The notes: generated by a model not told the origin, from the sequence alone. Shown: positions 19,158-29,562, counted from the first letter of the stretch. The stretch: 64,000 bases of DNA from Planctomycetota bacterium (GCA_027063065.1 JAMOSO010000011.1:5370-69369), one strand, 5' to 3'. Program-made: numbers and translations.

Positions 19158-19772
19158 TTATTTTTCTATAGTACCTATCGGCGCTATAGTCTTGCCATAA
19201 ACCTCATTAAGTACCTGTGCTAATCCAGTGTAGATTGCAGAAAAACCACAAAAAAGACCTTCATAGCCTGCTATAGTTTTAATATTTGCACTATGCGTAT
19301 AATCTCCATAGGCTAACAAGAAAAACAACACTGTTAAAGATGCAAAAACAACTTGTAATGCTCTATTTAATCTTAACGTTGCAATAAATAACACACCTGT
19401 AAAAATGCCCCACATAGACAAATATGCTACCATAGCCATTTCTGCTGGCGCTGCAATTAATCCCATTTTTGGCATAATGATTAATAATACTAATGAAATC
19501 CAAAAAAATCCATAAGATGTAAATGCTGTAGTTGCAAATGTATTACCTTTTTTCCATTCCATAATGCCAGCAATAACTTGTGCTGTACCACCATAGCACA
19601 AACCCATTGCTAATATCATAGAACCTAAAGAAAAAATACCTGCATTATGAAAATTCAAAAGCACTGTTGTCATTCCAAATCCCATTAACCCTAATGGTGC
19701 AGGGTTTGCTGTATTATCCTGTTGTATGGTTATTGTTTTTGTAATCTCGACAGGATTATTATCTTTACTCAT
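19158..19772 (-). CDS. satP: GPR1/FUN34/YaaH (SatP) family acetate/succinate channel
   Basis: Signature [40 protein letters not shown], six TM helices. Confidence 0.92.
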   Translation of the reverse strand: MSKDNNPVEITKTITIQQDNTANPAPLGLMGFGMTTVLLNFHNAGIFSLGSMILAMGLCYGGTAQVIAGIMEWKKGNTFATTAFTSYGFFWISLVLLIIMPKMGLIAAPAEMAMVAYLSMWGIFTGVLFIATLRLNRALQVVFASLTVLFFLLAYGDYTHSANIKTIAGYEGLFCGFSAIYTGLAQVLNEVYGKTIAPIGTIEK

Positions 19773-19864
19773 TTTATACCTTTCTAATTTTATATACGTA
19801 TTATGCCTTATGACACTTAAAAAGCGGTATTATATAAAAAAAATTACAAATGCCTATACATAAT

Positions 19865-19896
19865 AAAAAAAGGCGGTGATAATTCTATCACCGCCT
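19865..19896 (-). terminator. Intrinsic terminator after glutamine synthetase III
   Basis: 11-bp GC-rich stem AGGCGGTGATA/TATCACCGCCT followed by a U-tract on the minus strand. Confidence 0.85.
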
Positions 19897-19919
19897 CAAT
19901 AATGTATAAACTTTATAAT

Positions 19920-22025
19920 TTATTTAAAAAACAACATCTCTGCATAGGTTGGCAATGGCCATACTTCTGCATCAACAATTTGCTCTAAACTATCCACTAT
20001 TTCGCGAACAGAATTACATGCTGTAAATACTTCATCGCGATATGCTTCTGCACGTTTTAAAGTTTTACTAATAGCATCAGCCTTATCAGTAACTTCTTCT
20101 AAAATGGCAATGCGATCTTGAAGTTCTGCAGTAAGAGTATTTACCTCTTCTAAAGCTTTCATTTGAGCTGATGCATCAACACCTACATCACTAATTGTAG
20201 CAGCAGCAGTTGCTAATCTACCTGTATAATCTAAACAAGTAGGTAAAATTTGACGTTTAACCATTTGAATTGCTGTACGTGCTTCAATATTAATATCCAT
20301 TGAATAACCATCAAGTAATATTTCTTGACGTGCAGTTAATTCAGAAGCTGATAAAACACCTTGACGCTTAAATACATCTTTATTTTTCTTACAATTTAGT
20401 TGAGCTAAAGCAGAAACAGCATTAGGAAAATGAGGCAGACCACGTTTTTCAGCAATCGCAACCCACTCTTCATCATAACCATCACCATTAAAAACTACCT
20501 TCATATTTTCTTTGGCAATTTTAGTTAAAATACCTTCAAGTTCTGTTTTTGGATTATTAGATTTTTCTAATTGCTTAGCAATATCCTCAAGAATATCAGC
20601 TACAATAGTATTCATCACAATACAAGCGGCAGCTGCATGCACTGTAGAACCAGGCATACGGAATTCAAATCTATTTCCTGTAAATGCAAAAGAAGATGTA
20701 CGATTACGATCTGTTGTATCTTTAGCAACACTAGGTAATTGAGATACGCTTAAACTAATTTTACCACCCTTTTTAGATGATTTAGCTGTACCTTTTGCCA
20801 ATTTCTGAAAAATATCATCTAATTGTTCACCCAAGAAAATAGAAATAATTGCTGGCGGTGCTTCACAAGCACCTAAACGATGATCATTACCTGTGGTAGC
20901 AATAGAGCTACGCAATAATCCAGCATATTCGTCAACAGCTTTAATAACTGCCGCACAAAACACTAAAAACACATCATTATCATGAGGATTTTGACCTGGA
21001 TCTAATAAATTGACTCCTGTATTAGTAAACATTGACCAATTATGATGCTTGCCACTACCATTAATACCAGCAAAAGGTTTTTCGTGAAGTAAGCACACAA
21101 AATCATGTCGTTCTGCAACTTTTTTCAATTTTTCCATAACTAAAACATTATGATCTGCTGCAATATTGACTAATTCAAAAACAGGAGCCATTTCGTATTG
21201 TGCAGGAGCAACTTCATTATGCTGTGTTTTAGCTGTTACACCTAATGCCCATAACTCTTGATTTAAATCTGCCATGAATGAAGCTATGCGTTCATGCAAT
21301 GCACCAAAATAGTGATCGCTTTTTTCTTGACCACGAGGGGCAGGTGCGCCAAAAAGAGTGCGTCCACATAAAACTAAGTCTAAGCGATCTTCAAAAAAAT
21401 CACGATCAACTAAAAAATATTCTTGTTCACAACCTAAGGTAGAACTAACTTTTGTTACATCAGTTTCACCTAAAGCATTTAATACGCGAGTTGCTTGTTT
21501 GCTTAAAGCGTCAACAGAACGCAATAAAGGAGTTTTTTTATCTAAAGTTTCACCTGTGTAAGAATAAAACATAGTTGGGATAAACATAGTTCTGTTATCA
21601 CCATCACCTTTAACAAATACTGGAGACGTACAATCCCAAGCTGTATATCCGCGTGCTTCAAATGTATCGCGTAAACCACCGTTTGGAAATGAAGAAGCGT
21701 CTGGTTCGCCTTGGATTAATTCTTTACCGCGAAATTCAGTAACTACAGAACCATTGCCAGTTGGATCAATAAAAGAGTCATGTTTCTCAGCAGAAGTTCC
21801 TGTCATAGGATGGAACCAATGACAATAATGTGTTGCACCACGCTCTAATGCCCAATCTTTCATGGCAGAGGCAATCACATCGGCAATACTTTGATCGAGA
21901 GCAACACCATTATCGATAGTATTGCGCAAAGATTTATAAACGCTCTTTGGTAAACGCGCGCGCATTACATCATCATTAAAAACATCACAGGCAAATATGT
22001 CTGTTAAATTATTTTGTTCATTCAT
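19920..22025 (-). CDS. glnA: Glutamine synthetase type III
   Basis: 701 aa. GATHYCHWFHP, AEKHDSF, GEPDASSFPNGG, HNEVAPAQYE, HEKPFAGINGSGKH, DRNRTSSFAFTGNRFEFR, C-terminal WPLPTY. Confidence 0.95.
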   Translation of the reverse strand: MNEQNNLTDIFACDVFNDDVMRARLPKSVYKSLRNTIDNGVALDQSIADVIASAMKDWALERGATHYCHWFHPMTGTSAEKHDSFIDPTGNGSVVTEFRGKELIQGEPDASSFPNGGLRDTFEARGYTAWDCTSPVFVKGDGDNRTMFIPTMFYSYTGETLDKKTPLLRSVDALSKQATRVLNALGETDVTKVSSTLGCEQEYFLVDRDFFEDRLDLVLCGRTLFGAPAPRGQEKSDHYFGALHERIASFMADLNQELWALGVTAKTQHNEVAPAQYEMAPVFELVNIAADHNVLVMEKLKKVAERHDFVCLLHEKPFAGINGSGKHHNWSMFTNTGVNLLDPGQNPHDNDVFLVFCAAVIKAVDEYAGLLRSSIATTGNDHRLGACEAPPAIISIFLGEQLDDIFQKLAKGTAKSSKKGGKISLSVSQLPSVAKDTTDRNRTSSFAFTGNRFEFRMPGSTVHAAAACIVMNTIVADILEDIAKQLEKSNNPKTELEGILTKIAKENMKVVFNGDGYDEEWVAIAEKRGLPHFPNAVSALAQLNCKKNKDVFKRQGVLSASELTARQEILLDGYSMDINIEARTAIQMVKRQILPTCLDYTGRLATAAATISDVGVDASAQMKALEEVNTLTAELQDRIAILEEVTDKADAISKTLKRAEAYRDEVFTACNSVREIVDSLEQIVDAEVWPLPTYAEMLFFK

Positions 22026-22080
22026 CCTAGGTTAACTCCGTTTAAAAAAATAAATAGTCTCTAAATATTATTGCTACAAT

Positions 22081-22097
22081 AGCGAATAACATACCAA
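22081..22097 (-). promoter_or_regulatory. sigma54 (-24/-12) promoter for glutamine synthetase III
   Basis: Minus strand TTGGTATGTTATTCGCT has exact GG-N10-GC spacing and lies 55 bp upstream of the ATG. Confidence 0.7.
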
Positions 22098-22169
22098 TTA
22101 TATAAATGATATAACCATCCCATTCTATAGACTTTTAACATAAAATACCAATAAGCATACAAAAATAAT

Positions 22170-22212
22170 TACCATTATGTATTTTTTTTTGTTTTAAAAT
22201 TACATAATGGTA
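22170..22212. promoter_or_regulatory. Paired inverted 12-mers: candidate enhancer (UAS) and/or nadE terminator hairpin
   Basis: TACCATTATGTA (22170-22181) and TACATAATGGTA (22201-22212) are exact reverse complements, 73-115 bp upstream of the sigma54 promoter. Confidence 0.55.
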
Positions 22213-23841
22213 TTAACTTGGTTTATAACTATTATGTATTGGCATACGCCTATCGCGTCCAAAAGCTTTTGGCGTAATCTTAACACCTGGAGGTGATTGA
22301 AAGCGTTTAAATTCAGCACGATCCACCAACCTAACCATATTGACGATTGTTTCATGCTCAACCCCATCTATGACAATTTCAGAAGGGTTCATATCTTTTT
22401 CTACATAATCTTCTAAAATTTTATCTAATATTTCATAAGGTGGCAAAGAGTCTTCATCTTTTTGATCTGGACGTAATTCTGCTGACGGTGGTCTGTCGAT
22501 AATACTCTCTGGTATAATCTCTTTATTAGCTCGTTTATTACAATAACGTGAAAGTTCAAATACTAATGTTTTAGGTACATCTTTTATAACAGCAAAACCG
22601 CCGTTCATATCTCCGTATAAAGTACAGTACCCAACTGCCATCTCAGACTTATTACCTGTAGTTAAAAGTAACCAACCGTGTTTATTTGACAAGGTCATCA
22701 ACATTGCACCGCGTATGCGAGCTTGTAAATTTTCTTGTTCAACACCTGGTTGACCTCCACCTAATGGTTCAGACAACACATTTAACGTAGTTTTAAAAAT
22801 ATCAATAATTGGCAACTCATAAAATTTTACACCCAATTGAAGCGCCATCTTTTTGGCATCATTTTTTGTACCATCAGATGAATATTGTGATGGCATAGAA
22901 ACAGCAATTACATTTTTTGAGCCAAAAGCGTCTACTGCAATTGCTAAAACTAATGCCGAGTCTATTCCACCGCTCAAGCCAAGAACTACTTTTTTTATGC
23001 CATTTTTAGTAACGTAATCTTTAGTACCAATTAATAAAGCTTGGTATATTTCTTCTAAATAATCCATTGGAGGTACAATTTCTGCACTAACTACATCACC
23101 TTGAATTTGCACAACTAAGTCTTCTTCGCTAAATTGAGAGGCTGCAGCAACAATATCACCTTTTGAATTACAAACTAAAGAGCCACCACAAAAAACCAAC
23201 TCGTCTTGAGCTCCAATCAAATTGGAATGCACAATAAAACAATTATTACGTTTAGCAAATTTTTGCATTACTCCACGCCTTTGATTTGCTTTGCCAGCAT
23301 AAAATGGTGAAGCAGAAAGATTAAAAACAAGATCTACATTATGTTCTTTAACCCACAAATCTAAATTAGAATTTTCAATCCAAACATCTTCACATATTGA
23401 AACAGCACATCGTTTACCAGCTGCTTCAAAAACCAGTGGATTTGACCCAGATTTAAAATAACGTTTTTCATCAAAGACTCCATAATTTGGTAATTCTACC
23501 TTGCGATAAATACCCGCCAACTCTCCGTCACTTAGTAAAGCGGCTGAATTATAAATAGAGCCATCTTCCGCCAATTCTGGAAACCCAACTATAGCAGTAA
23601 TTCCTTTAGTTTTTAGCTTAATTTCTTCTAACTTAGATTTACAATCTTTCAAAAAAGCTTTACGTAACAATAAATCCTCGGGTGGATAGCCACATAGAGC
23701 GAGTTCCGGAAAAATAACAATATCTTCAACGCTTTCTTGTGCTCGGCGTATTGCCTTAATGATACTAGCCGTATTGGCACTTAAATCACCAACACTACAA
23801 TTTATTTGCGCTATACTTATACTTAAACGATTATCCGTCAT
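22213..23841 (-). CDS. nadE: Glutamine-dependent NAD+ synthetase
   Basis: Nitrilase-type glutaminase domain (FPELALCGYPPEDL, YRKVELPNY, ICEDVW) fused to a synthetase domain (LGLSGGIDS, ENLQARIRG, TTGNKSEMAVGY, PPSAELRPDQ). Confidence 0.95.
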   Translation of the reverse strand: MTDNRLSISIAQINCSVGDLSANTASIIKAIRRAQESVEDIVIFPELALCGYPPEDLLLRKAFLKDCKSKLEEIKLKTKGITAIVGFPELAEDGSIYNSAALLSDGELAGIYRKVELPNYGVFDEKRYFKSGSNPLVFEAAGKRCAVSICEDVWIENSNLDLWVKEHNVDLVFNLSASPFYAGKANQRRGVMQKFAKRNNCFIVHSNLIGAQDELVFCGGSLVCNSKGDIVAAASQFSEEDLVVQIQGDVVSAEIVPPMDYLEEIYQALLIGTKDYVTKNGIKKVVLGLSGGIDSALVLAIAVDAFGSKNVIAVSMPSQYSSDGTKNDAKKMALQLGVKFYELPIIDIFKTTLNVLSEPLGGGQPGVEQENLQARIRGAMLMTLSNKHGWLLLTTGNKSEMAVGYCTLYGDMNGGFAVIKDVPKTLVFELSRYCNKRANKEIIPESIIDRPPSAELRPDQKDEDSLPPYEILDKILEDYVEKDMNPSEIVIDGVEHETIVNMVRLVDRAEFKRFQSPPGVKITPKAFGRDRRMPIHNSYKPS

Positions 23842-23872
23842 TTTTTATCCTATGATAATTAATAAATTAAAT

Positions 23873-25423
23873 TTAAACACGATATCTTTTATAGCTGATA
23901 GCATATTTTTTAACACGCAAGCCCATAATACGTTCTGTAATACCCAAACTATCAGCTGCCTTAGCCATATTACCCCTAGTGCGTTTTAATGCCTCGATAA
24001 TTAATTCTCGCTCAACATTTGCCATAGTCATATCTAAAGTAGACTTATCTGCAGTATCACTTGCCTCAGCTGTTTGCAATGTTGCTGGCAAATGATGACC
24101 ATGAATAACATCATCGCTGGTCAACAACATCGCACGTTCGATACAATTTTCAAGTTCTCTGACATTGCCAGGCCAATGATAGGCCATCATCATATCTATA
24201 GCTGGTGTTGAAATACGCCTAACATCCTTTAAATTTTCTTTATTAAATTTTTCAATAAAATGATTTGCTAATTGCAAGATATCTGTACGCCTTTCTCTAA
24301 GCGGTGGCAAATGAATTGGAAACACATTTAATCTATAAAATAAATCATCGCGAAAAGTCCCTTCAGCTACATGTTTTTCTAAAGCTCTATTTGTAGCTGT
24401 AATAATACGTACATCCACTTTTACAGTGTGCATGCCACCCACACGTTCAAATTCTTTTTCCTGCAACACGCGCAATAATTTAACTTGTAAATCCTGTGAT
24501 ATTTCACCTATTTCATCTAAAAATAATGTACCTCCATTTGCTAACTCAAAACGTCCTTTGCGAGTTGCAATTGCTCCTGTAAACGCCCCTTTTTCATGGC
24601 CAAACAGTTCTGATTCTAACATAGAATTTGGTAATGCTGCACAATTTACTTTGATAAAAGGCTTGTTAGAACGCAATGAATTAAAATGAATAGCTTGAGA
24701 GACTAACTCTTTACCTGTACCACTTTCACCCATAATTAGCACTGTTGCATTAGATTGCGATACTTGCCCTATTAAATCATAACAATCCTGCATTGCCTGT
24801 GAATTACCTATAATATTATCTGGTCTAAACCTATCTTTTAGCTGTGATTGTAACCGTTCATTTTCGTCTAATAATCGTTGACGATCTTCCATAGCTGTTT
24901 GACGCATCTTTACAGCTTGCGCCATCATAGAGGCTATAACTCTTAATAATCTAGATTCTTCATTTAGATTATGATCAATATCAAAAGGCAAATAAACACT
25001 TAATGTACCAATTGTGTCTGTACCCAATTTTATAGGAACACACACAAAAGATAATTCTTCATTCTGATTTGCTTTAACCCCTGTTAAATTTAAAAAAGTT
25101 TTTTCTTGTGATATCTTAATTATTGACACTGCTTTACCAGTTTGAAAAACCTTGCCTGTAATACCCTGTCCTGGTTTATAAGAACCTTTTTGTCTTTGAT
25201 CAGAACTAAGACCGTGAGCAGCCATAATGTTAATCTCTCCAGTAGTTCTATCGTGCAATGTCAATGTGCCATGACGCATAATAGTATGTTCTGATATAGC
25301 CTGCACCACAGGCTCAACAACATCGCGTATATCCATACTAGATTCTAAAATACTACTAATTTCAAATAACAAGTTTAATTCTGGAACTTCCTTTTTAATC
25401 TTAGTTCTGGATTGTTTTGACAT
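23873..25423 (-). CDS. NifA-like GAF-AAA+-HTH sigma54-dependent transcriptional activator
   Basis: N-terminal GAF ([15 protein letters not shown]), [32 protein letters not shown]-terminal Fis HTH. Start moved to ATG 25423 because the longer ORF begins inside a promoter. Confidence 0.9.
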   Translation of the reverse strand: MSKQSRTKIKKEVPELNLLFEISSILESSMDIRDVVEPVVQAISEHTIMRHGTLTLHDRTTGEINIMAAHGLSSDQRQKGSYKPGQGITGKVFQTGKAVSIIKISQEKTFLNLTGVKANQNEELSFVCVPIKLGTDTIGTLSVYLPFDIDHNLNEESRLLRVIASMMAQAVKMRQTAMEDRQRLLDENERLQSQLKDRFRPDNIIGNSQAMQDCYDLIGQVSQSNATVLIMGESGTGKELVSQAIHFNSLRSNKPFIKVNCAALPNSMLESELFGHEKGAFTGAIATRKGRFELANGGTLFLDEIGEISQDLQVKLLRVLQEKEFERVGGMHTVKVDVRIITATNRALEKHVAEGTFRDDLFYRLNVFPIHLPPLRERRTDILQLANHFIEKFNKENLKDVRRISTPAIDMMMAYHWPGNVRELENCIERAMLLTSDDVIHGHHLPATLQTAEASDTADKSTLDMTMANVERELIIEALKRTRGNMAKAADSLGITERIMGLRVKKYAISYKRYRV

Positions 25424-25451
25424 AAAGTTCCCGTATATTAAAAAAGACATA

Positions 25452-25480
25452 AATGTAAGAATATGATACCTATTTGTCAA
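25452..25480 (-). promoter_or_regulatory. sigma70-type promoter of the NifA-like activator, overlapped by two candidate operator sites
   Basis: TTGACA-N17-TACATT on the minus strand. The 12-mers GACATAAATGTA (25446-25457) and TACCTATTTGTC (25467-25478) overlap the -10 and -35. Confidence 0.65.
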
Positions 25481-25588
25481 TTATATAAGGTACTAAATTT
25501 TAGTTTGCTTGTTACGCACAATATAAATGTGGCGCAGAAAACAGATTATTTTAATATATCTCTGCCAAAAGAAGCGGAAATACAATAA

Positions 25589-25617
25589 TTGACAAATTTT
25601 AATGTATATAAGATAAT
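25589..25617 (+). promoter_or_regulatory. Candidate sigma70-type promoter upstream of the rnf operon
   Basis: TTGACA-N17-GATAAT. A second candidate, TTGACT-N16-TATTGT, lies at 25701-25728. Confidence 0.45.
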
Positions 25618-25647
25618 AAGTTTTCAGGGAACATGTATTATCTTATA
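25607..25647. repeat. 12-bp perfect inverted repeat in the rnf upstream region
   Basis: TATAAGATAATA (25607-25618) and TATTATCTTATA (25636-25647), 17-bp spacer. Confidence 0.6.
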
Positions 25648-25774
25648 ACTTTATTTTTTGCGAAAAACATCAAGTTATGCTCTAAAAAATACTTTATACC
25701 TTGACTTTTATACCGATTATTATATTGTTCGTAATTTATAATTTTAAGACAACAATCATCCGCGGAGTTGGTCG

Positions 25775-26347
25775 ATGGAATTTTTCACCTTATTAATCAG
25801 TTCAATCCTCGTCAATAATTTTGTACTTTCAAAATTTTTAGGCGTTTGCCCATTTTTGGGTGTCTCAAAAAATGTACATACAGCTATGGGTATGTCCGCA
25901 GCAGTAACTTTAGTTATGACAATCGCTGCGCTTGTTGCTGCAATTGTTAATACATATATTTTAGTACCATACGATATGGGTTATCTGCAAACATTATCTT
26001 TTATTGTTATTATTGCATCTCTCGTACAAATATTAGAAGTAGTCTTGCAAAAACTTAGCCCCCCACTATATCAAGCTTTGGGCATATTTTTACCATTAAT
26101 AACTACTAATTGTGCCGTGTTAGGCGTAGCTGTACTAAATGTTCAAAACAATCTTTCAATACTGATGTCTACTTGGTATGGATTTTCGTCTGGTTTAGGA
26201 TTCTCTTTAGCTTTATTACTCTTTTCTAGCATTAGAGAACGTCTTGACCTTGCCAATCCACCCAAATCATTTGAAGGTGTTCCTATAGCTTTAATTGCCG
26301 CTGGTATTTTGGCTATGATTTTTATGGGCTTTTCTGGTTTAGTTTAA
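25775..26347 (+). CDS. rnfA: Rnf electron transport complex subunit A
   Basis: VNNFVLSKFLGVCPFLGVSK, LGIFLPLITTNCAVLG, IRERL. Confidence 0.95.
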   Translation: MEFFTLLISSILVNNFVLSKFLGVCPFLGVSKNVHTAMGMSAAVTLVMTIAALVAAIVNTYILVPYDMGYLQTLSFIVIIASLVQILEVVLQKLSPPLYQALGIFLPLITTNCAVLGVAVLNVQNNLSILMSTWYGFSSGLGFSLALLLFSSIRERLDLANPPKSFEGVPIALIAAGILAMIFMGFSGLV

Positions 26348-26368
26348 TAGTAAAAACTTCGGAGTTAT

Positions 26369-27163
26369 ATGATTGCACCACTTTTATTTATGGCTGGTAT
26401 TGGTTTATTATTAGGTATAACCATTGCCTTAGCTAATATATTTTTTTCAGTCAAAACAGATCCTAGAATAGAAGAAGTTGAAGATATGCTTCCAGGAGCA
26501 AATTGTGGTGGTTGTGGATTTGCAGGATGTAACGCATTTGCAAAAGCAGTAGTATTAGATGCTGTTGAACCCCAAAAATGTCCTGTCTGTTCTAAAGAAG
26601 AAGCAGAAAATATTGCAAGCCACATGGGTATGAGCGTTGAATTTGACACGCCTTATGTAGCATTAGTTAAATGTTGCGGAGATAATTCAGACTCGCCCGA
26701 AAGAGCATTATATAATGGAGTGACAGATTGCAGTGCCGCTTTATTAGTAGCTGGCGCAACAAAGTCTTGCCAACATGGATGTCTTGGTATGGCAACTTGT
26801 GCACGAGCTTGCCCTTTTAATGCTATTGAAATAGACGAGAAAAGACACATCGCGATAGTCCACCCTGAATTATGTGTGGGTTGTGGTAAATGTGTTAGTG
26901 TTTGCCCACGAAATTTAATTGATATGGTACCTAAATCTGCTCCTGTACATATTTTATGTAGTTCGCCAGAAAAGGCAGTCTTACAAAAAAAAGCCTGTTC
27001 TAAAGGGTGTATAGGCTGTCGAAAATGCAGTAAATTAGATCCCGAAAGTATAAAAATGGATGGTTTTTTAGCTGTGATGGATTATGACAATTACAGCACC
27101 AATACAGAAATAATAGACGTATGCCCTGTGCATTGTATATACCCATCCTTGGAGGAAAAATGA
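26369..27163 (+). CDS. rnfB: Rnf complex subunit B (polyferredoxin)
   Basis: LPGANCGGCGFAGC and several CxxCxxCxxxCP ferredoxin motifs. Confidence 0.93.
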   Translation: MIAPLLFMAGIGLLLGITIALANIFFSVKTDPRIEEVEDMLPGANCGGCGFAGCNAFAKAVVLDAVEPQKCPVCSKEEAENIASHMGMSVEFDTPYVALVKCCGDNSDSPERALYNGVTDCSAALLVAGATKSCQHGCLGMATCARACPFNAIEIDEKRHIAIVHPELCVGCGKCVSVCPRNLIDMVPKSAPVHILCSSPEKAVLQKKACSKGCIGCRKCSKLDPESIKMDGFLAVMDYDNYSTNTEIIDVCPVHCIYPSLEEK

Positions 27164-28536
27164 TTAAGAAGAAAGCTTTTTCCGGTGGAGTACATCCACA
27201 TGATGGCAAGGAATTAACAAACACCAAAAATATTAAAATTGCACCGCTAATGAAAGAATATGCTGTCTCCTTAAGTCAACATATCGGCGCACCAGCCAAA
27301 GCCATAGTAAAAGTAGGTGATACTGTTTTAAAAGGTCAAAAAATAGCTGAGGCAAATGGGTTTGTATCTGTACCCATACATGCACCTACCAGCGGAACAA
27401 TAATTTCTAAAAATAAAAAAACAAGCGCGGGTGGTCGTATGGAAGGTGGCGTTGACTCGGTGATTGGTCCAACCGGCGCATTAGTACCCATGTTAACAAT
27501 ATCTGCTGACGGCGAAGATACCCCATGCAATGATTTAGAACCAATCTTATCTTGGCAAGATTGTAAACCAGAAGATTTAAAACAAAGGGTTTTAGATGCT
27601 GGAATTGTTGGAATGGGCGGAGCAGCATTTCCGACACACGTCAAGTTATCTCCTCCACCTAGCCAAAATATTGATACATTAGTAATTAATGCTTCAGAAT
27701 GTGAACCATATTTAAGTGCTGACCATAGACAAATGCTTGAAGATACTAAAGGAATTATCGAAGGCATTTTAATTATAAAATCTATTCTTGGTATTCAAAA
27801 AGTTTGTATTGGCATCGAATCAAACAAACCAGATGCTATTAAAGCAATGCAAGAAGAATCAAGAAAACATAATATTGTCGTTACTGCACTACCCACAATG
27901 TATCCTCAAGGTTCTGAAAAACAATTGATTTATGCAATTACAGGACGCAAAGTTCCAATGGGAAAATTACCTATGGAAACAGGTTGTGTAGTCCAAAATA
28001 TAGGTACTGCTTTTGCTATTTACGAAGCTGTAGTAAAAGGTAAGCCTCTATACGAACGCATAACAACAATTACAGGCTCACCAATAGTCAACCCAAGCAA
28101 TTGGAGGCTACGAGTAGGCACTTCTCTTGCAGATGCATTAACTTTAGCTGAAGGTGTAAAAAACCCAGATGATATAGGTAAGGTAATCTTAGGTGGCCCA
28201 ATGATGGGAATGGCACAATTTTCATTAGATGTACCTATTATGAAAAACACATCTGGAATATTACTTTTAAACAAACAAGAGGTAACTTTATACACTTCAG
28301 GACCCTGTATTCGCTGTGGATCGTGCATTAATGTATGCCCGCAAAGCCTTATGCCATCAACCATGGGAGTACAAATTGAAAAAGAAAGATTTGAGCTAGC
28401 TGAAGAAACAAATATTATGAATTGCATTGAATGTGGTTGTTGTTCTTACGTCTGCCCATCTCACCGTCCTTTAGTTCAATTATTTAGGCGTGGCAAATCT
28501 GAAATACAAGCCAACAATCGCAAAAAAAAGGTTTAA
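27160..28536 (+). CDS. rnfC: Rnf complex subunit C
   Basis: FSGGVHP, QHIGAP, HAPTSG, GIVGMGGAAFPTHVK, ECEPYL, YPQGSEKQL, GGPMMG, CIRCGSC, CIECGCC. Start moved to ATG 27160 after GGAGG, overlapping the rnfB stop. Confidence 0.95.
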   Translation: MIKKKAFSGGVHPHDGKELTNTKNIKIAPLMKEYAVSLSQHIGAPAKAIVKVGDTVLKGQKIAEANGFVSVPIHAPTSGTIISKNKKTSAGGRMEGGVDSVIGPTGALVPMLTISADGEDTPCNDLEPILSWQDCKPEDLKQRVLDAGIVGMGGAAFPTHVKLSPPPSQNIDTLVINASECEPYLSADHRQMLEDTKGIIEGILIIKSILGIQKVCIGIESNKPDAIKAMQEESRKHNIVVTALPTMYPQGSEKQLIYAITGRKVPMGKLPMETGCVVQNIGTAFAIYEAVVKGKPLYERITTITGSPIVNPSNWRLRVGTSLADALTLAEGVKNPDDIGKVILGGPMMGMAQFSLDVPIMKNTSGILLLNKQEVTLYTSGPCIRCGSCINVCPQSLMPSTMGVQIEKERFELAEETNIMNCIECGCCSYVCPSHRPLVQLFRRGKSEIQANNRKKKV

Positions 28537-28538
28537 TT

Positions 28539-29561
28539 ATGTCAGAAGAAAAAAATATATTATTACCAAATCCAAGTAAGTTAGTTGTTAGTAGCTCCCC
28601 GCATCTGCACAAAGGCAATGATGTTCAAAAAATAATGATACATGTTATTATTGCCTTGATACCCGCCTGTTTAGTCGGAATCTATGTTTTTGGTTGGAGT
28701 GCAGCCCAAGTATTGATAATCACAATTATTTCATGTGTGCTTATAGAAGCCATTTCTTTAAAATTAATTGGAAAATCACAAAATGCTTTAAAAGATGGTA
28801 CAGCAGTACTCACAGGTATGCTCTTGGCTATGAACTTATCCGCATCAACACCATGGTGGGTGTGTGTTATCGGTGCATTATTAGCTATCGTTTTGGCAAA
28901 GCAATTATTTGGAGGTTTAGGTTACAACCCTTTTAACCCTGCATTAGTTGCCAGAGTTGGATTACTAATAGGCTTTCCAACATTTTTAACCAGTTGGGCA
29001 CCGACTAAATCCATGTTATCTAGCACACACATTGACGCTGTTACATGTGCTACCCCACTGTACCAAATACCCCTCACACTTAAAAATGGAACAACTGAAA
29101 TATTGTCATATACAAATATGGATTTATTTTTAGGTAATATTCCTGGATCGCTGGGAGAAACATCAGCACTAGCCTTATTAATTGGTGGGTTATATTTAAT
29201 TGTTATGAAAATTGTATGTTGGCGAATACCAGCATTTTTTATTGGTGGAGTTGCTGTTATTGCAGGTATCCACCATATGATAGAGCCAAAAACAACACTG
29301 ACTATTACACAACATTTATTTTCTGGCGGTTTATTTATTGGTGCTTTTTTTATGGCTACCGATATGGTCACCTCTCCAGAAACAAAAAAGGGTGCCATAA
29401 TATTTGCGCTTGGATGTGCCATAGTAACTTATTCTATTAGAGTTTGGGGAGCGTATCCAGAAGGGGTAAGTTTTGCAATTTTATTTATGAATGCCTTTAC
29501 ACCTCTTATTGATCGTCTAGCGGCAAATAAACCATTTGGTCATATCGTTACGGAGAATTAA
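28539..29561 (+). CDS. rnfD: Rnf complex subunit D
   Basis: SSSPH, KQLFGGLGYNPFNPA, FMN-binding DAVTCATPL, GSLGETS, FMATDMVTSP, YPEGVSFAILFMN. Confidence 0.95.
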   Translation: MSEEKNILLPNPSKLVVSSSPHLHKGNDVQKIMIHVIIALIPACLVGIYVFGWSAAQVLIITIISCVLIEAISLKLIGKSQNALKDGTAVLTGMLLAMNLSASTPWWVCVIGALLAIVLAKQLFGGLGYNPFNPALVARVGLLIGFPTFLTSWAPTKSMLSSTHIDAVTCATPLYQIPLTLKNGTTEILSYTNMDLFLGNIPGSLGETSALALLIGGLYLIVMKIVCWRIPAFFIGGVAVIAGIHHMIEPKTTLTITQHLFSGGLFIGAFFMATDMVTSPETKKGAIIFALGCAIVTYSIRVWGAYPEGVSFAILFMNAFTPLIDRLAANKPFGHIVTEN

Positions 29562-29562
29562 T

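Noticed and set aside
23873-25423. Bona fide nifA and a nitrogen fixation cluster
   Set aside because: The domain architecture matches, but there are no nif genes in the window and I found no TGT-N10-ACA site at the adjacent promoters. Symbol withheld.
25530-25570. sigma54 promoter for rnf (TGGCGC on plus, TGGCAG on minus)
   Set aside because: Neither has GC ten bases after the GG.
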